A stretch of 64,000 bases of DNA from Thermodesulfovibrionales bacterium (GCA_044450345.1 JBIOIY010000001.1:183009-247008), one strand, 5' to 3'. Shown: positions 1-10,567, counted from the stretch's first letter. Translations and numbers: made by a program. Notes: generated by a model not told the origin, from the sequence alone.

Positions 1-597
1 CTCAGAGAGCCAGTAGGAAAAAGTATATTGAAAATAATTAATCAAGACGGAATTAACGCTCCGGAAGTCTGTCTCCATGGGTGCATTCCGAAGAAAACTC
101 TCGGCAAGCCTGTTCAACTGATAATAGCTCCCGGCGATAAGAGAAAATATCTCAGGGGGGAATCGTGTTACCCGGTCAAAACCATAATCGATTGCGGGCA
201 GGAATCGTTTCAGTTCTTCCCCGGACTCCTCGATACATTTCTGGAGGAGGAGAAAGAGGGCATTAAAGGCGTCTGCTTTAACGTCTGTTTCTTTGGCCTT
301 CTCGATGGCCTCAAGCGCGATTTCAATATAGAGTTTGACTGCATCAGGACCCTTAGGTTCAGTTCTTAAATCGTAGAAATAACCGAGGGAAAAAGTCCTT
401 GCCTCATGCACGATGAATTGCCAGTTTTTGAAAGGATGGCAAATCTCTTTCAAAAAAATATCCAACGCTTTTTGCAGGCCGAAATACTTGGACATTACTT
501 CCTGTATGACGCGATATTTGGGATCAATGTCAACGTCGACACGGTAATCGGCCAAATTTACCTGAAGGGCTTTGGATAATATCGGTTTCACATCCAT
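1..597 (-). CDS. N-terminal part of a large pyruvate phosphate dikinase-like protein (runs off the window)
   Basis: Hand translation from ATG 597: MDVKPILSKALQVNLADYRVDVDIDPKYRVIQEVMSKYFGLQKALDIFLKEICHPFKNWQFIVHEAR; resembles the N-terminal extension of long deltaproteobacterial-type PPDKs. Catalytic domains lie outside the window. Confidence 0.6.
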   Translation of the reverse strand, partial: MDVKPILSKALQVNLADYRVDVDIDPKYRVIQEVMSKYFGLQKALDIFLKEICHPFKNWQFIVHEARTFSLGYFYDLRTEPKGPDAVKLYIEIALEAIEKAKETDVKADAFNALFLLLQKCIEESGEELKRFLPAIDYGFDRVTRFPPEIFSLIAGSYYQLNRLAESFLRNAPMETDFRSVNSVLINYFQYTFSYWLSE

Positions 598-870
598 GCT
601 TTATTTTATCATGATCCTGTCTCATCCTTAATCATATTTATTTGAAGTTCCTGAGTTTCAACCTAACTCGAATATGCTCTATTTTCCTCATTAAACAATA
701 ACTTGGCTTGGAGCTACTTATTCGGGCAGGCATAAATAAGAACGAGAGCTTATACTAAAAAGAGTTTTGTTGAAAGGGACGCGTGAAGAACACCGCCCCC
801 TTCGAGAAGCAACTCGCAGGTCATTCTTGCTGCCGCTTTGAGGTGATATCTCGTCGGCCGATGCTTCGGT

Positions 871-1173
871 TTATCCCGGCAGCTTGGCTGCGAGGACTTC
901 TGCCTTTTCGATAACAGGCGGCTGCGCCAGCAGTTCGGAGGCCTTTGCCATCAGCGCAGCGGCAACACGGCCGGAGAGGTGGGCCTGACGGCCGGCCTCG
1001 TCGGGGAAGGCATCGAAGATACCGAAGGTCGACGGCCCGAGGCGGAGCGCAAACCAGGCGATCGTGCCGGGCTCCTCCATGACCACCGCAAGACCCCCGC
1101 GAAGAAAGTCCTCCACTTCAGCCTCCTTTCCTGGTTTTGCATCCAGTCTGACAAACAGTGCTGTCTTAACCAT
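871..1173 (-). CDS. Antibiotic biosynthesis monooxygenase (ABM) family protein
   Basis: 100 aa, motifs AKPGKEAEV, EPGTIAWFA, FGIFDAF, GRQAHL; AGGAGG RBS upstream. Confidence 0.85.
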   Translation of the reverse strand: MVKTALFVRLDAKPGKEAEVEDFLRGGLAVVMEEPGTIAWFALRLGPSTFGIFDAFPDEAGRQAHLSGRVAAALMAKASELLAQPPVIEKAEVLAAKLPG

Positions 1174-1325
1174 GACTTCCTCCTTTGTTTATCATGAACC
1201 GTTGCGAGTGCCGGAATGAACATATGCCTTAAACGCGGCCCTGTTCATACCTGTACTCGTTAAGGAAAGATTAGCACGGAAATATGCCCTTGCCTATCCA
1301 GAGTCTTTTTCAGCCCCCGGGTAAC

Positions 1326-1354
1326 AAAAAGGGGCTGTCCATGACAGCCCCTTT
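1326..1354 (-). terminator. Intrinsic terminator
   Basis: AAAGGGGCTGTC-CAT-GACAGCCCCTTT perfect stem with U-run on the minus strand, downstream of 1382-2545. Confidence 0.8.
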
Positions 1355-1381
1355 AGTGCTTTTTTTAATTACAGAAGAATT

Positions 1382-2545
1382 CTATCCTCTGGACTTTTGT
1401 CTCCTGAAGTAATAAAGTGAGCCAAGTCCTGATAGAATAACAAATATGATCATGCCCCATTGGCCCATAGCCGGTATCGATACCGGCTTAGGTGGCTCGA
1501 CACTGAAATTGGCCACCCGCGACTTGTCAGTTACGCTCATGCAGGCCAGGGCATTGGGATTTGTCAGGTTCGCGAGTTCGGCGGACTTCGCCGCGGCAGC
1601 CGCCTTTGAGGGCTGGCCTGTCGCAAAATTCATGATGATCTTGGTCTCGCCGGGTGCAAGAGTGAAGGTGTATCCCCAGTAAGGGCGGTCACTGCCGTTG
1701 GCGAAATGAATGCCGGCAAGTCCCACAGAGGCGCCGGTGCTCTGGAGCACATGTCCAAGGCGTGGATCAGTTGATGTGGTGGCGGGACTTACAAAGTTCT
1801 GCATAGTGGTGACCCATGTGTCGGTGACTTCAGCGGTATTATTGCCGCTTGAGGTGCCGGTAATGATCGTATTGGAGTCGGACCCCAGGTTATTAGCCGT
1901 AATAAGCGTGACCGTCTGGGGCGTGACGCCGGTGTTTGTTACTATGTTCTGCCAGCGGGCAAAGGAGTCGTTGTCCGGCACAAAGACCTTCCTCGATACG
2001 GTGAGGTTCCCGATCGTCTGCGGGTTGAATATGATCTGCCGGTTATTGGCGCATGTCTGATCAACAGTCGATGCGCCATTTTTGTTGTAGAAGATAAAAT
2101 TGGCGTTGCCGGTGGCACATTGCGCTACTGTGTTGTTGAGGCTGAGACAGATTGTGTTGTAGCCGTCAAAGGCATCGTTCAGCGTTGCGGATACATGCCC
2201 TCCGTTCGCTGTGGTTGCGGACACCGGAGCTACATACGATGCCTCCATCATGGCGCCTGAAGCCGACGATGTGGTATTGAAAGTAATGTTGTCGTTAATG
2301 AACCACTTCAGGCCTGATCCGTCGATGAGCGTTTTCGATCCCGTTGCCTTAGGTGGAATGCCCACATTCCCTCCCTGGTCCTTCATCTGTTTGGCGTAGG
2401 ACTTCCTGTCGGTGAGCGAAACATCAGCAAACGCACTGGTTGCGATTACCAAGGCCAGCACCATAAAGACACCGAATCCGGGGACCATTCCGGCAAGTCT
2501 CAGTCTGATGTTACTTCCCCCTTTTACGAGATACTCTAATCTCAC
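1382..2545 (-). CDS. Secreted surface protein with IPTL-CTERM-type sorting tail
   Basis: Signal peptide (ATSAFA), T/N/S-rich body, C-terminal SIPAMGQWGMIIFVILSGLGSLYYFRRQK (IP-x-x motif, TM helix, basic cluster). Confidence 0.75.
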   Translation of the reverse strand: MRLEYLVKGGSNIRLRLAGMVPGFGVFMVLALVIATSAFADVSLTDRKSYAKQMKDQGGNVGIPPKATGSKTLIDGSGLKWFINDNITFNTTSSASGAMMEASYVAPVSATTANGGHVSATLNDAFDGYNTICLSLNNTVAQCATGNANFIFYNKNGASTVDQTCANNRQIIFNPQTIGNLTVSRKVFVPDNDSFARWQNIVTNTGVTPQTVTLITANNLGSDSNTIITGTSSGNNTAEVTDTWVTTMQNFVSPATTSTDPRLGHVLQSTGASVGLAGIHFANGSDRPYWGYTFTLAPGETKIIMNFATGQPSKAAAAAKSAELANLTNPNALACMSVTDKSRVANFSVEPPKPVSIPAMGQWGMIIFVILSGLGSLYYFRRQKSRG

Positions 2546-2687
2546 AAATAAGCCCTCCTTTTCAAGGATATTTAGGAATTTTAGCTTCTCAGTAATTTTA
2601 GAAATTCTATGCTAAACAGCTGCTCCTGTCAAGTACTCTTTTGGTCTCTTTTGCCTCTTTTCTGCTATAGTTTTGCTATAGTATAAA

Positions 2688-4904
2688 ATGGATTTAATGA
2701 ATTCCCCGCAGGCCGAACAAGTACTGTTGCGCAAAAGGTTCTTCTCCCGGGGCCTGCTCTTTTTCACCGCCTCCATGTTTTTTTTCCTGATTGCTGTTTT
2801 TTTTGTAAAACTGCCTCCAATGGCCCATCCAAACGTCCTCCTGATCACAATCGACACGCTCAGGGCAGATCGTCTGGGCTGTTACGGCTTCCCTTTTGCG
2901 AGGACTCCGAACATCGATGCCGTTGCGCGGGAAGGGGTCCGTTACAGCGATGCTATTGCCGTCGCGCCTATCACCCTGCCTTCCCATACATCGATACTCA
3001 CCGGCATGAACCCTCCTGCACACGGTGTTCGCGACAATGGGACCTACCGGGTCGGCGACGATACCGTGACCCTGGCAGACCGCCTGAAGTCGGCAGGATA
3101 CACTACGCACGCCTTTGTATCGGCGGCCGTATTGAACCGCAGGTACAACCTCTCCAAGGGGTTCGAGGACTACGACGACAACCTATGGGGTGAAGACAAT
3201 CCGAAGTTGTTCATGATCCGCGAACGGCGGGCGAACAAGACTATCGACAGTGTTCTCACCTGGTTTGGCCGCTGGCGCTCCTCCAGGGACCGCAAGCCCT
3301 TTTTCACCTGGGTGCATCTCTTCGACCCTCACCAGCCCTACCGACCGCCCTCCTGGGCGCGTGCCTTGACGCCCTCCCCCTACGATGGGGAGATTGCCTT
3401 CGCAGACCGGGAGCTTGGCAGGCTGTTCAGCGCATTGCGCCAAAGCGGGGTCATGGACAACACTATCGTCGTTATCACGGCAGACCATGGAGAGAGTCTC
3501 GGCGACCACAATGAAAAGACGCATGCGATCTTTATCTATGACGCCACGGTCCATGTCCCGCTGATCATCCGTTTTCCACGCCTCCTGCCGACAGGGTCGG
3601 TGTACCGCGGACCGGTGCGCTCGATCGACATCGTGCCGACGCTGCTGTCGATCCTTGGGGTCAAAGGGGCCGAAGAGACCCAAGGGGTCAACCTGGTGCC
3701 GGCCACACTCGGGAAGATACGGCCTCCCGACCTTCCCCAGTACTCGGAGTCGCGCCTTTCCGAGCTCGGATTCGGCATGGCCCCTCTTTACGGTCTGCGC
3801 AAGGGTGGTCATAAATGGATCAGGGCGCCGAAGCCGGAGGTATACGACCTCAAGGCTGACCCGCAGGAGCTTGTCAATATATACGACGGGAACAAGACGC
3901 TGGCCGCGGAGCTCGACGAAGAACTCGGACGCATCATGGAGAAGGGATACAAGGGGCCGGTGTCAGACGCCGACAACCCCATGAACCGTGAGACCCTCGA
4001 TATGCTCCAGAGCCTGGGGTATCTCGCCTCTTCGGAAGAACGCCGGAGCATGTCCGGGATGGACCCAAAGGATGGGATCGCCATTTACAACCAGCTTGAG
4101 GAGGCGCGTCATCTGGCCCAGCATGACCGGCTGGAGGAATCGGAGGCGCAATTAAACGATATCCTTCGGTCTCTCCCAAAGCATGTTTCGGCGAGGAACA
4201 TTTTAGGCTTTGTCCTGATGAAGCAGAACCGGCCGGCGGAGGCGCGTAGTCATTACCTTCAGTCGCTCAGGGACGATCCCAAGCAGGCCCGTGTTCATGT
4301 GATGCTCGGGTATCTCGCCCTTTCAGAAGGCAACTTCGCGGAGGCCGAGCGGCGCATGCGGGAAGCGCTTGCAATATCGCCGCAATTTGTCGAGGCGGCA
4401 AGCGGCATGGGTTTTATAGAGGACATTCAGGGGAATGCGGCATCCGCTCTCAGCTGGTATGAAAAGGCCATCGCCATGGACCCGTACTACCCCCTAGTGT
4501 ACCGGCGGATCGCTGATTTCCATTACGATCGGAAAGATTTCAGCAAGGCGCTCCGCTACTATGAGAAAAGCCTAGAGCGTCTGCCCGGCGATTTCAGGTC
4601 CCTGATCCAGGCCGGCAACAGCGCTCGCCGGCTGAGCGATATGCAGAAGGGCAGACAGTATTATGAAAGGTCCGCCAAACTCCGGCCTGACTCGTGGATC
4701 CCGCTTTACAACATGGCATGTCTGAAATCACTCAACGGAGATGTAGACGGCGCCCTTGTTGAGCTGCGCGAGGCTGTCGGCAAAGGCCTCCCTTCAAAGG
4801 ACCTGCTGAGGACGGACGGCGATCTTAAGAATGTTCGCAATAACCGCGGGTTCGGCGCAATTGTTGCGGCGGTCCGCCCAGGCGGCGGGGATGACCCCGA
4901 ATAA
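2688..4904 (+). CDS. Sulfatase-fold hydrolase/transferase with C-terminal TPR repeats
   Basis: N-terminal TM, PNVLLITIDTLRAD, TLPSH, DPHQPY, ADHGE motifs; TPR-like repeats in last ~270 aa. Confidence 0.85.
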   Translation: MDLMNSPQAEQVLLRKRFFSRGLLFFTASMFFFLIAVFFVKLPPMAHPNVLLITIDTLRADRLGCYGFPFARTPNIDAVAREGVRYSDAIAVAPITLPSHTSILTGMNPPAHGVRDNGTYRVGDDTVTLADRLKSAGYTTHAFVSAAVLNRRYNLSKGFEDYDDNLWGEDNPKLFMIRERRANKTIDSVLTWFGRWRSSRDRKPFFTWVHLFDPHQPYRPPSWARALTPSPYDGEIAFADRELGRLFSALRQSGVMDNTIVVITADHGESLGDHNEKTHAIFIYDATVHVPLIIRFPRLLPTGSVYRGPVRSIDIVPTLLSILGVKGAEETQGVNLVPATLGKIRPPDLPQYSESRLSELGFGMAPLYGLRKGGHKWIRAPKPEVYDLKADPQELVNIYDGNKTLAAELDEELGRIMEKGYKGPVSDADNPMNRETLDMLQSLGYLASSEERRSMSGMDPKDGIAIYNQLEEARHLAQHDRLEESEAQLNDILRSLPKHVSARNILGFVLMKQNRPAEARSHYLQSLRDDPKQARVHVMLGYLALSEGNFAEAERRMREALAISPQFVEAASGMGFIEDIQGNAASALSWYEKAIAMDPYYPLVYRRIADFHYDRKDFSKALRYYEKSLERLPGDFRSLIQAGNSARRLSDMQKGRQYYERSAKLRPDSWIPLYNMACLKSLNGDVDGALVELREAVGKGLPSKDLLRTDGDLKNVRNNRGFGAIVAAVRPGGGDDPE

Positions 4905-4907
4905 CCC

Positions 4908-5705
4908 TTACATATAGCCGAGCGACCGAAGCCTGTCCATGAGTTGTTCTTTCTCCTGCCCCCTGCCTGCGCGCTCAGGCGACGCTTCCAGGTCCTGCTC
5001 CCAGGCAGGCAGATCGGATGTCCTGAGCGTATTATATCGCGCTCCAAGAGACCGATACCCCAGTGCATAAAGCCCGCAGTAGGGGATTTCATTCCCTAAA
5101 ATAGCGTCCCAGACATCACGCTCGGTAAAGTGGAGAATAGGGTGTACGCGCATATGCGGCGGCTCGTTATCCGGCCTATCGCTGAAATAACTCTCCTGAC
5201 CGCGCGCCGACTGCTCGTCGCGTCTGATCGCCGTGGCAAGGGCCTTCAGCCCGTGCTCCCGGATGAACATATTCATTGCGCAGGTTTTCAGCAGATGGTT
5301 TCCGGCCAGGCTTTCGGGTTCAAAGGGAAAGGTGTCCCCGGTGTAGCCGATCCTCAGGAGTTCGGCCCTGTTTTGCTCGTTGAGACTCGATACCACAATG
5401 GTATCACCTATCCCATGCGCCCTGGAGATGACATCGGTATTTCTTGCTTCAACAAGCTCGATATCCCATGCAGCAGTAACCGTTCCCATGAAAGTCCTGA
5501 TCTCCTCAAAAACGTCGCCCTCGTCGATCATCATGCATTTTGGAAGGCGCATCCCCCTCTCGCCGCATACGAGCCTGAATAGCCAGAGCACCAGTGTGCT
5601 GTCCTTGTGGCCGGTCCACGCTATTGCCATCTTCTCGCTGCCGAACCGGTCAAACGCCTCGGTGATTATCTCCTTCGATTTTTCAATCTTCTGCGCCAGC
5701 GTCAT
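4908..5705 (-). CDS. PAPS reductase / CysD-like PP-loop family protein
   Basis: WTGHKDST PP-loop variant, IRRDE, RVHPILHFTERDVW, GYRSLG; no C-terminal ECG(L/I)H motif. Confidence 0.8.
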   Translation of the reverse strand: MTLAQKIEKSKEIITEAFDRFGSEKMAIAWTGHKDSTLVLWLFRLVCGERGMRLPKCMMIDEGDVFEEIRTFMGTVTAAWDIELVEARNTDVISRAHGIGDTIVVSSLNEQNRAELLRIGYTGDTFPFEPESLAGNHLLKTCAMNMFIREHGLKALATAIRRDEQSARGQESYFSDRPDNEPPHMRVHPILHFTERDVWDAILGNEIPYCGLYALGYRSLGARYNTLRTSDLPAWEQDLEASPERAGRGQEKEQLMDRLRSLGYM

Positions 5706-5869
5706 TTTTTACTATAGAGAATGTTTGTGAATCATGTCAATCGCGTTTGGTATGAATCACGGACGCATCCTGAAAAAAGCAAGCCGCGTAATATCTATAT
5801 CCACCTGCCCAGAGGGCCTGATTGACAACCCCATCTCTAAACAATTATTATGAAAACACATTGAAAACA

Positions 5870-6148
5870 ATGACGAAGGGAACATCAACGACTTGCCTGG
5901 TTTTAGTTGCGTCAGGATTGTTTTTGTCCGCCACTGCCTATGCGTATGTCGACCCTTATACCGGCGGAATGATTACAAGTTCTCTCTCAACCATCCTCGC
6001 GGCTGCATTGGGTTTCATGAGCGCAGGCCTCGTTCTCTTCAGAGGCTTTCTCGGCCGCCTGCTTGGCAATAAGTTCGCTCGCTATCTGATCTTCGCGGCA
6101 CTGGCATGTCTCGCCGTGTCGGGAATATATGTATTCGTACATTCCTGA
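5870..6148 (+). CDS. Small membrane protein with AY(V/I)DP motif
   Basis: Signal-like segment then AYAYVDPYTGGM and two hydrophobic helices; start uncertain (5822 or 5870). Confidence 0.6.
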   Translation: MTKGTSTTCLVLVASGLFLSATAYAYVDPYTGGMITSSLSTILAAALGFMSAGLVLFRGFLGRLLGNKFARYLIFAALACLAVSGIYVFVHS

Positions 6149-6198
6149 TGTATCGCGTTGCCGGTCGGCGCTGAGGACGGTTTCCACGGCATATTGCT

Positions 6199-8049
6199 AT
6201 GATCGATAGACGGGATTTCTTGAAGTTTGCGGCCGTCGCTCCTTTGCTCCTGTCAGCAGGCTGCGGCAGGAATAATAACACGCACGGAGTTCGCATGAAT
6301 AAACGCCTTATTATCCTGGGTATCGACGGCATGGACCCGGACCTGGTCAATCTTTTCATGAAGGACGGCTCGCTCCCGAATATCGCAGGCCTTGCCGCCA
6401 GGGGAACAATGTCGCGTTTCCCTACAATCGTCCCGCCCCAGAGCCCCTCGGTCTGGACCACGCTGTCAAGCGGAGTATATCCGGAGCGGCACGGGGTCTT
6501 TGATTTCATTCAGCGAAAGGCCGGCAGCTATCTTCCGTACCTGAGCATCAACAGCATGAATCAAAAAAGCGGCAAGTTCGAAAACCCGAACCGTGCCGTG
6601 CCATTCTGGAGAGTCACATCGAAGGCGGGCATTCCCACTTCCGTGTACCGGTGGCCTGCTTCCTTTCCCCCTGAAGAGATCAACGGCGAAATGCTCTCCG
6701 GTCTCGGCACGCCGGATGTCAAGGGGTTCCTTGGCGTCTATACTTACTATACCGACGAGGACTTGCCGGTCCCTTCCGATGCCAGAAAAAACGTCCGGCG
6801 AATCACATTCTCCGGGGATAAGGCAACGACCGTTTTGGAGGGCCCCCTTGCGGAAAGAAACAAGGCCTTTGAAAAGGAACTTATTATTCAGAAGACCGTC
6901 GACGGCGTTTCGATCGGCATCGATGGGAACACACTGCGGCTGAAAGCGGACGAGTGGTCTTCACTGCTGACCGTATCGTTCAGGAAGGGGCTCCTCGGCG
7001 GCCTCTCCGGAGTCTGCAAGTTCCACCTGATGAGCGTAAATCCTTTCCGTCTTTATGCGACGCCCGTGCAGCTCGATCCCTCGAATCCGATTGTGCCGTT
7101 TACTCATCCGAAGGGCCTGTCGTCCTCAATCGCAAAGGCAATAGGCCCGTTCCAGACGCTCGGCATGCCTGAGGACACGTCCGCTCTCAACAAAAAACAT
7201 TTGGACATGGGAGGCTTCAACTCTCTTTGCGCTTCCATCGACAAAGAACGCGAGGCGATGTTCAGGGAGGCTTTGAAGCGCTTCCGCGGCGGCGTGCTAG
7301 CCTTTGTCTTTGACACCTCCGACCGTCTGCAGCATATCCATTTCCGGAAAGGCGGCCCGAATACTGAAATCAGGCAACACTACGCGAAGATGGACCGGCT
7401 GATCGGCGAAGTCGTAAAAATGCTTTCGCCTGAAGACAGCCTCATTATCCTGTCAGACCACGGTATCACGAGCTATGATTACGACTTTCACCTCAACACC
7501 TTTTTAGTGCAGAAGGGATTTATGCATCTCACATCAGAGCCCGGAGAAACGAATAAGGGTGAACTCTTCAGCCTGGTGGATTGGACGAGGACAAAGGCCT
7601 ATGCGCTCGGATTTTCCGGCATATACATAAATATGCAGGGAAGGGAACCGCACGGGACTGTAGCGCGTTCCGAGAAGGAAAAAGTCGCGGCCGAACTCAG
7701 GGACGCCCTCCTCGGTTTTGCGCCCGCCGGATTCAGGAAGCCCGTAATCGCTGTTTACCCCACATCAGTCAAAGACGATCCCCTTGCTCCGGACCTCATT
7801 ATAGGCATGAACGAGGGGTTCAGGGTTTCATCCAACACGGCAATAGGGGGCGTATCGAAAGATGTGTTAACGCCAAACAACCTCCCGTGGTGCGCGGACC
7901 ACATCGTCGACAGATCACTCGTGGACGGCCTTCTCATTACAAACAGGAGGGTAACAAAGGCGCCTCTCATGGTCGATCTCGCCCCGACCGTAACGTCCTT
8001 CTTCGGCGTATCACCGGACCCATCCTGGGAAGGCAAAACTTTTTTCTAA
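6199..8049 (+). CDS. Alkaline phosphatase superfamily phosphodiesterase (Tat lipoprotein)
   Basis: DRRDFLK Tat motif, LSAGC lipobox, LGIDGMD, PPQSPSVW, LSDHG. Confidence 0.85.
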   Translation: MIDRRDFLKFAAVAPLLLSAGCGRNNNTHGVRMNKRLIILGIDGMDPDLVNLFMKDGSLPNIAGLAARGTMSRFPTIVPPQSPSVWTTLSSGVYPERHGVFDFIQRKAGSYLPYLSINSMNQKSGKFENPNRAVPFWRVTSKAGIPTSVYRWPASFPPEEINGEMLSGLGTPDVKGFLGVYTYYTDEDLPVPSDARKNVRRITFSGDKATTVLEGPLAERNKAFEKELIIQKTVDGVSIGIDGNTLRLKADEWSSLLTVSFRKGLLGGLSGVCKFHLMSVNPFRLYATPVQLDPSNPIVPFTHPKGLSSSIAKAIGPFQTLGMPEDTSALNKKHLDMGGFNSLCASIDKEREAMFREALKRFRGGVLAFVFDTSDRLQHIHFRKGGPNTEIRQHYAKMDRLIGEVVKMLSPEDSLIILSDHGITSYDYDFHLNTFLVQKGFMHLTSEPGETNKGELFSLVDWTRTKAYALGFSGIYINMQGREPHGTVARSEKEKVAAELRDALLGFAPAGFRKPVIAVYPTSVKDDPLAPDLIIGMNEGFRVSSNTAIGGVSKDVLTPNNLPWCADHIVDRSLVDGLLITNRRVTKAPLMVDLAPTVTSFFGVSPDPSWEGKTFF

Positions 8050-8116
8050 GCCTTCAGCTCCTCGATCGGCGACACCTTCTCTCCTCGCCAAAGTTCCCCT
8101 CATATCAATCCCTCTC

Positions 8117-9595
8117 TTACAGCGCTTTGTCTTCCCCGATACGCTGAAGCTTCAGCAAATTTGTCTTCCCGGAGCCAAGAAGCGGGGCGCTCGCGGTAAT
8201 CACAACCCTCTCCCCCTTTTTCACCAGGTCTTCTTCGATAAGCAACCTCTCGACTTCCCTTATCATTTTGTCAGTGCCGGTGGGAGGAGGCATCAATTTC
8301 GGCTGTACTCCCCAGTAGAGGCACATTCTGTTCAGGGTGCGGGCCGCCGGAGTAAAGGCGATTATTGGGACCCGCGGTCTGAATTTCGAGACCAGTCTTG
8401 CGGTAAATCCCGAGTCCGTACAGGCAACGACAAAGCGTGCACGGATGTCTTCGGCCGCCCTGCAGGCTGCATCCGCAATCGCACCTGAGAACAGTGCATT
8501 CTCGAACGTTGCCGCCGTCTCCGGTATAGCGCCGGATGAAGCAGACCGGACCTCTGGAAAGCCGAATGCGGAAGATTGGGCGGGCGACTCTCTCTCCGTG
8601 TACTTGATTATCTTGCTCATCATCACCAGGGCCTCTACAGGATATTTGCCGGAGGCAGTTTCGGCCGATAGCATCAGGGCATCAGAGCCGTCAATGACCG
8701 CATTAGCCACGTCAGTGGCCTCTGCCCTTGTCGGGCTGCTATGTTCTGTCATGGATTCAAGCATCTGTGTCGCCGTGATAACGAGCTTCCCTCTTCTATT
8801 TGAAAGCGAGATCAACTTCTTCTGTATAAGAGGGATTTCCTCTGCAGGCAGGTCAAGACCGAGGTCACCCCTTGCGATCATGATGCCGTCCACCTTATCG
8901 AGGATTTCTTCTATATTGGCGAGGGCCTCGGCCCTTTCAATCTTTGCTATAAGAGGGATCCGTTTTTTCCTTTTTCTGAACCAGTGTTCGACACGCTCGA
9001 TGTCTTCGGCGGACCTCACAAAGGAGAGGGCTACATAATCCACATTCATGGCAAGTCCAAAGTCGAGGTCGGTAGAATCCTTTTTAGTAAAGGAAGGAGC
9101 CTCTGTGCTGCACGGCAGATTAACGCCCTTCCTGTCTTTCAGGACCCCGCTTTCCACAACTGCCGTTTTCAGCGAATCCCCGCTCTTTGACCTCACCTCG
9201 AGCTGGATCAGCCCGTCGTCAAGAGAAATCATGTCGCCCTTTCGGGCGTTTTTTACAAAGTCGCCGCAGTTTATATAGATTTTTGTACGGTCTCCTATAC
9301 CCTTGCCGGGCATAAGGGTGACCTTGCTTCCCTTCTCAAGAAATACTGACCCTCCCGTTACCATGCCTGTCCTTATCTTAATCCCCTGGAGGTCCTGCAG
9401 TATCGCAACCGGTCTCTTATATTGGGCCGAGCCGTCCCTGACCAATCCGATTGCCTTCCTGTGGCCTGCGTGGTCGCCGTGAGAAAAATTCAGCCGCGCC
9501 ACATCCATGCCTTTTCTTATGAGAGAAAAGAGGACGGAGGGACCAACAGATGCGGGTCCCAGCGTGCAGATTATTTTTGCCTTTCTTTCAGCCAT
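8117..9595 (-). CDS. pyk: Pyruvate kinase
   Basis: KIICTLGP, RLNFSHG, IAKIE, ARGDLG, ATQMLESM, PTRAE, MLSAETA. Confidence 0.97.
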   Translation of the reverse strand: MAERKAKIICTLGPASVGPSVLFSLIRKGMDVARLNFSHGDHAGHRKAIGLVRDGSAQYKRPVAILQDLQGIKIRTGMVTGGSVFLEKGSKVTLMPGKGIGDRTKIYINCGDFVKNARKGDMISLDDGLIQLEVRSKSGDSLKTAVVESGVLKDRKGVNLPCSTEAPSFTKKDSTDLDFGLAMNVDYVALSFVRSAEDIERVEHWFRKRKKRIPLIAKIERAEALANIEEILDKVDGIMIARGDLGLDLPAEEIPLIQKKLISLSNRRGKLVITATQMLESMTEHSSPTRAEATDVANAVIDGSDALMLSAETASGKYPVEALVMMSKIIKYTERESPAQSSAFGFPEVRSASSGAIPETAATFENALFSGAIADAACRAAEDIRARFVVACTDSGFTARLVSKFRPRVPIIAFTPAARTLNRMCLYWGVQPKLMPPPTGTDKMIREVERLLIEEDLVKKGERVVITASAPLLGSGKTNLLKLQRIGEDKAL

Positions 9596-9691
9596 AGCAA
9601 AGTACCTTATCCATTGATTAGTTTAGCTGATTTCCTTCTGATCTATCCATCCTTCGCCGCCCGAAGGCGGGTTTCATCACAGCAGATAATT

Positions 9692-10516
9692 TTATCTCTC
9701 ATTCCGCACTTGACGTTTCTCAATGTATTCACTGCCCAGCTCTAAGACCTCGATTTTTTTGCTTCGGGTAAATTTTTTTAAATGATACTCAAGACTTCTC
9801 GCTTCTCCGGCATTTTTGCATTGTATGGTTTTAATCAGCTCAAAGGGCCTCCATGATCTTACGAATTTGCTGCCCCTTCCCCGCTCATGTTCTTTAAGGC
9901 GTCTCTCAAGATCATTTGTCACACCTATATAAAAATAATTATTGCTGCATTTAAGCACGTAGACGCACCAGCTTTCATTGTGCGCTTTATCCGCAAAGTC
10001 TTTTGCCGCGTCCGCGAACTCATCTGTCCAGAGCCTTAACGCTTTTCTCACTTCCTTGTCTACAAATGAAAAAATACGGTGAGCGCTGTCGTTGAGGCGG
10101 TTCCGGGAATGACCTTTCACCTTGATGACCTCAAAACCTAATTCGTCGTAGAACGCGTAAAATGCGCGATAGAGAGTCGAGTTCCTTAAGGGTCTTGACC
10201 TCTTAGAAAGGAAGTCGCCGGCAAGCAGGCCGCGTCTTCTTTTCAAGAGACCTGAAACGCACTGGGAATCCGAATATAGATATAGTTTCCCGGGTCCGGG
10301 AATCTTTGGTCCGTTTCGATACTCTTCCAGGGCCCATAAGACTGTTTGGACTTCGAGTTTTGTCGAAGAAGTGTCTACAAATCTTCGCACCTTTACCCGG
10401 CCGGTTAATTCGGATTTTTCAATAAGTAATGAAGCGGGAACCACAAGATATGCGCCCACACCGAGCTTACGCCCTGGATTCAGACTCACATCGCTAAAGA
10501 GAGCTATATCGTTCAT
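9692..10516 (-). CDS. Ribonuclease HI domain fused to GIY-YIG (UPF0213-like) nuclease
   Basis: N-half FSD..., KLE, YSDSQ, KVKGH, VD; C-half VYVLKC, FYIGVTNDLERRLKEH, G.GSKF, ARSLE. Confidence 0.8.
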   Translation of the reverse strand: MNDIALFSDVSLNPGRKLGVGAYLVVPASLLIEKSELTGRVKVRRFVDTSSTKLEVQTVLWALEEYRNGPKIPGPGKLYLYSDSQCVSGLLKRRRGLLAGDFLSKRSRPLRNSTLYRAFYAFYDELGFEVIKVKGHSRNRLNDSAHRIFSFVDKEVRKALRLWTDEFADAAKDFADKAHNESWCVYVLKCSNNYFYIGVTNDLERRLKEHERGRGSKFVRSWRPFELIKTIQCKNAGEARSLEYHLKKFTRSKKIEVLELGSEYIEKRQVRNER

Positions 10517-10567
10517 AAATCGGTTTACTATTTTACACCCAGTGACTTACAGAAGGGGATAGAATTC

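Noticed and set aside
28..369. 113-aa plus-strand ORF
   Set aside because: Antisense to the PPDK-like gene starting at 597.
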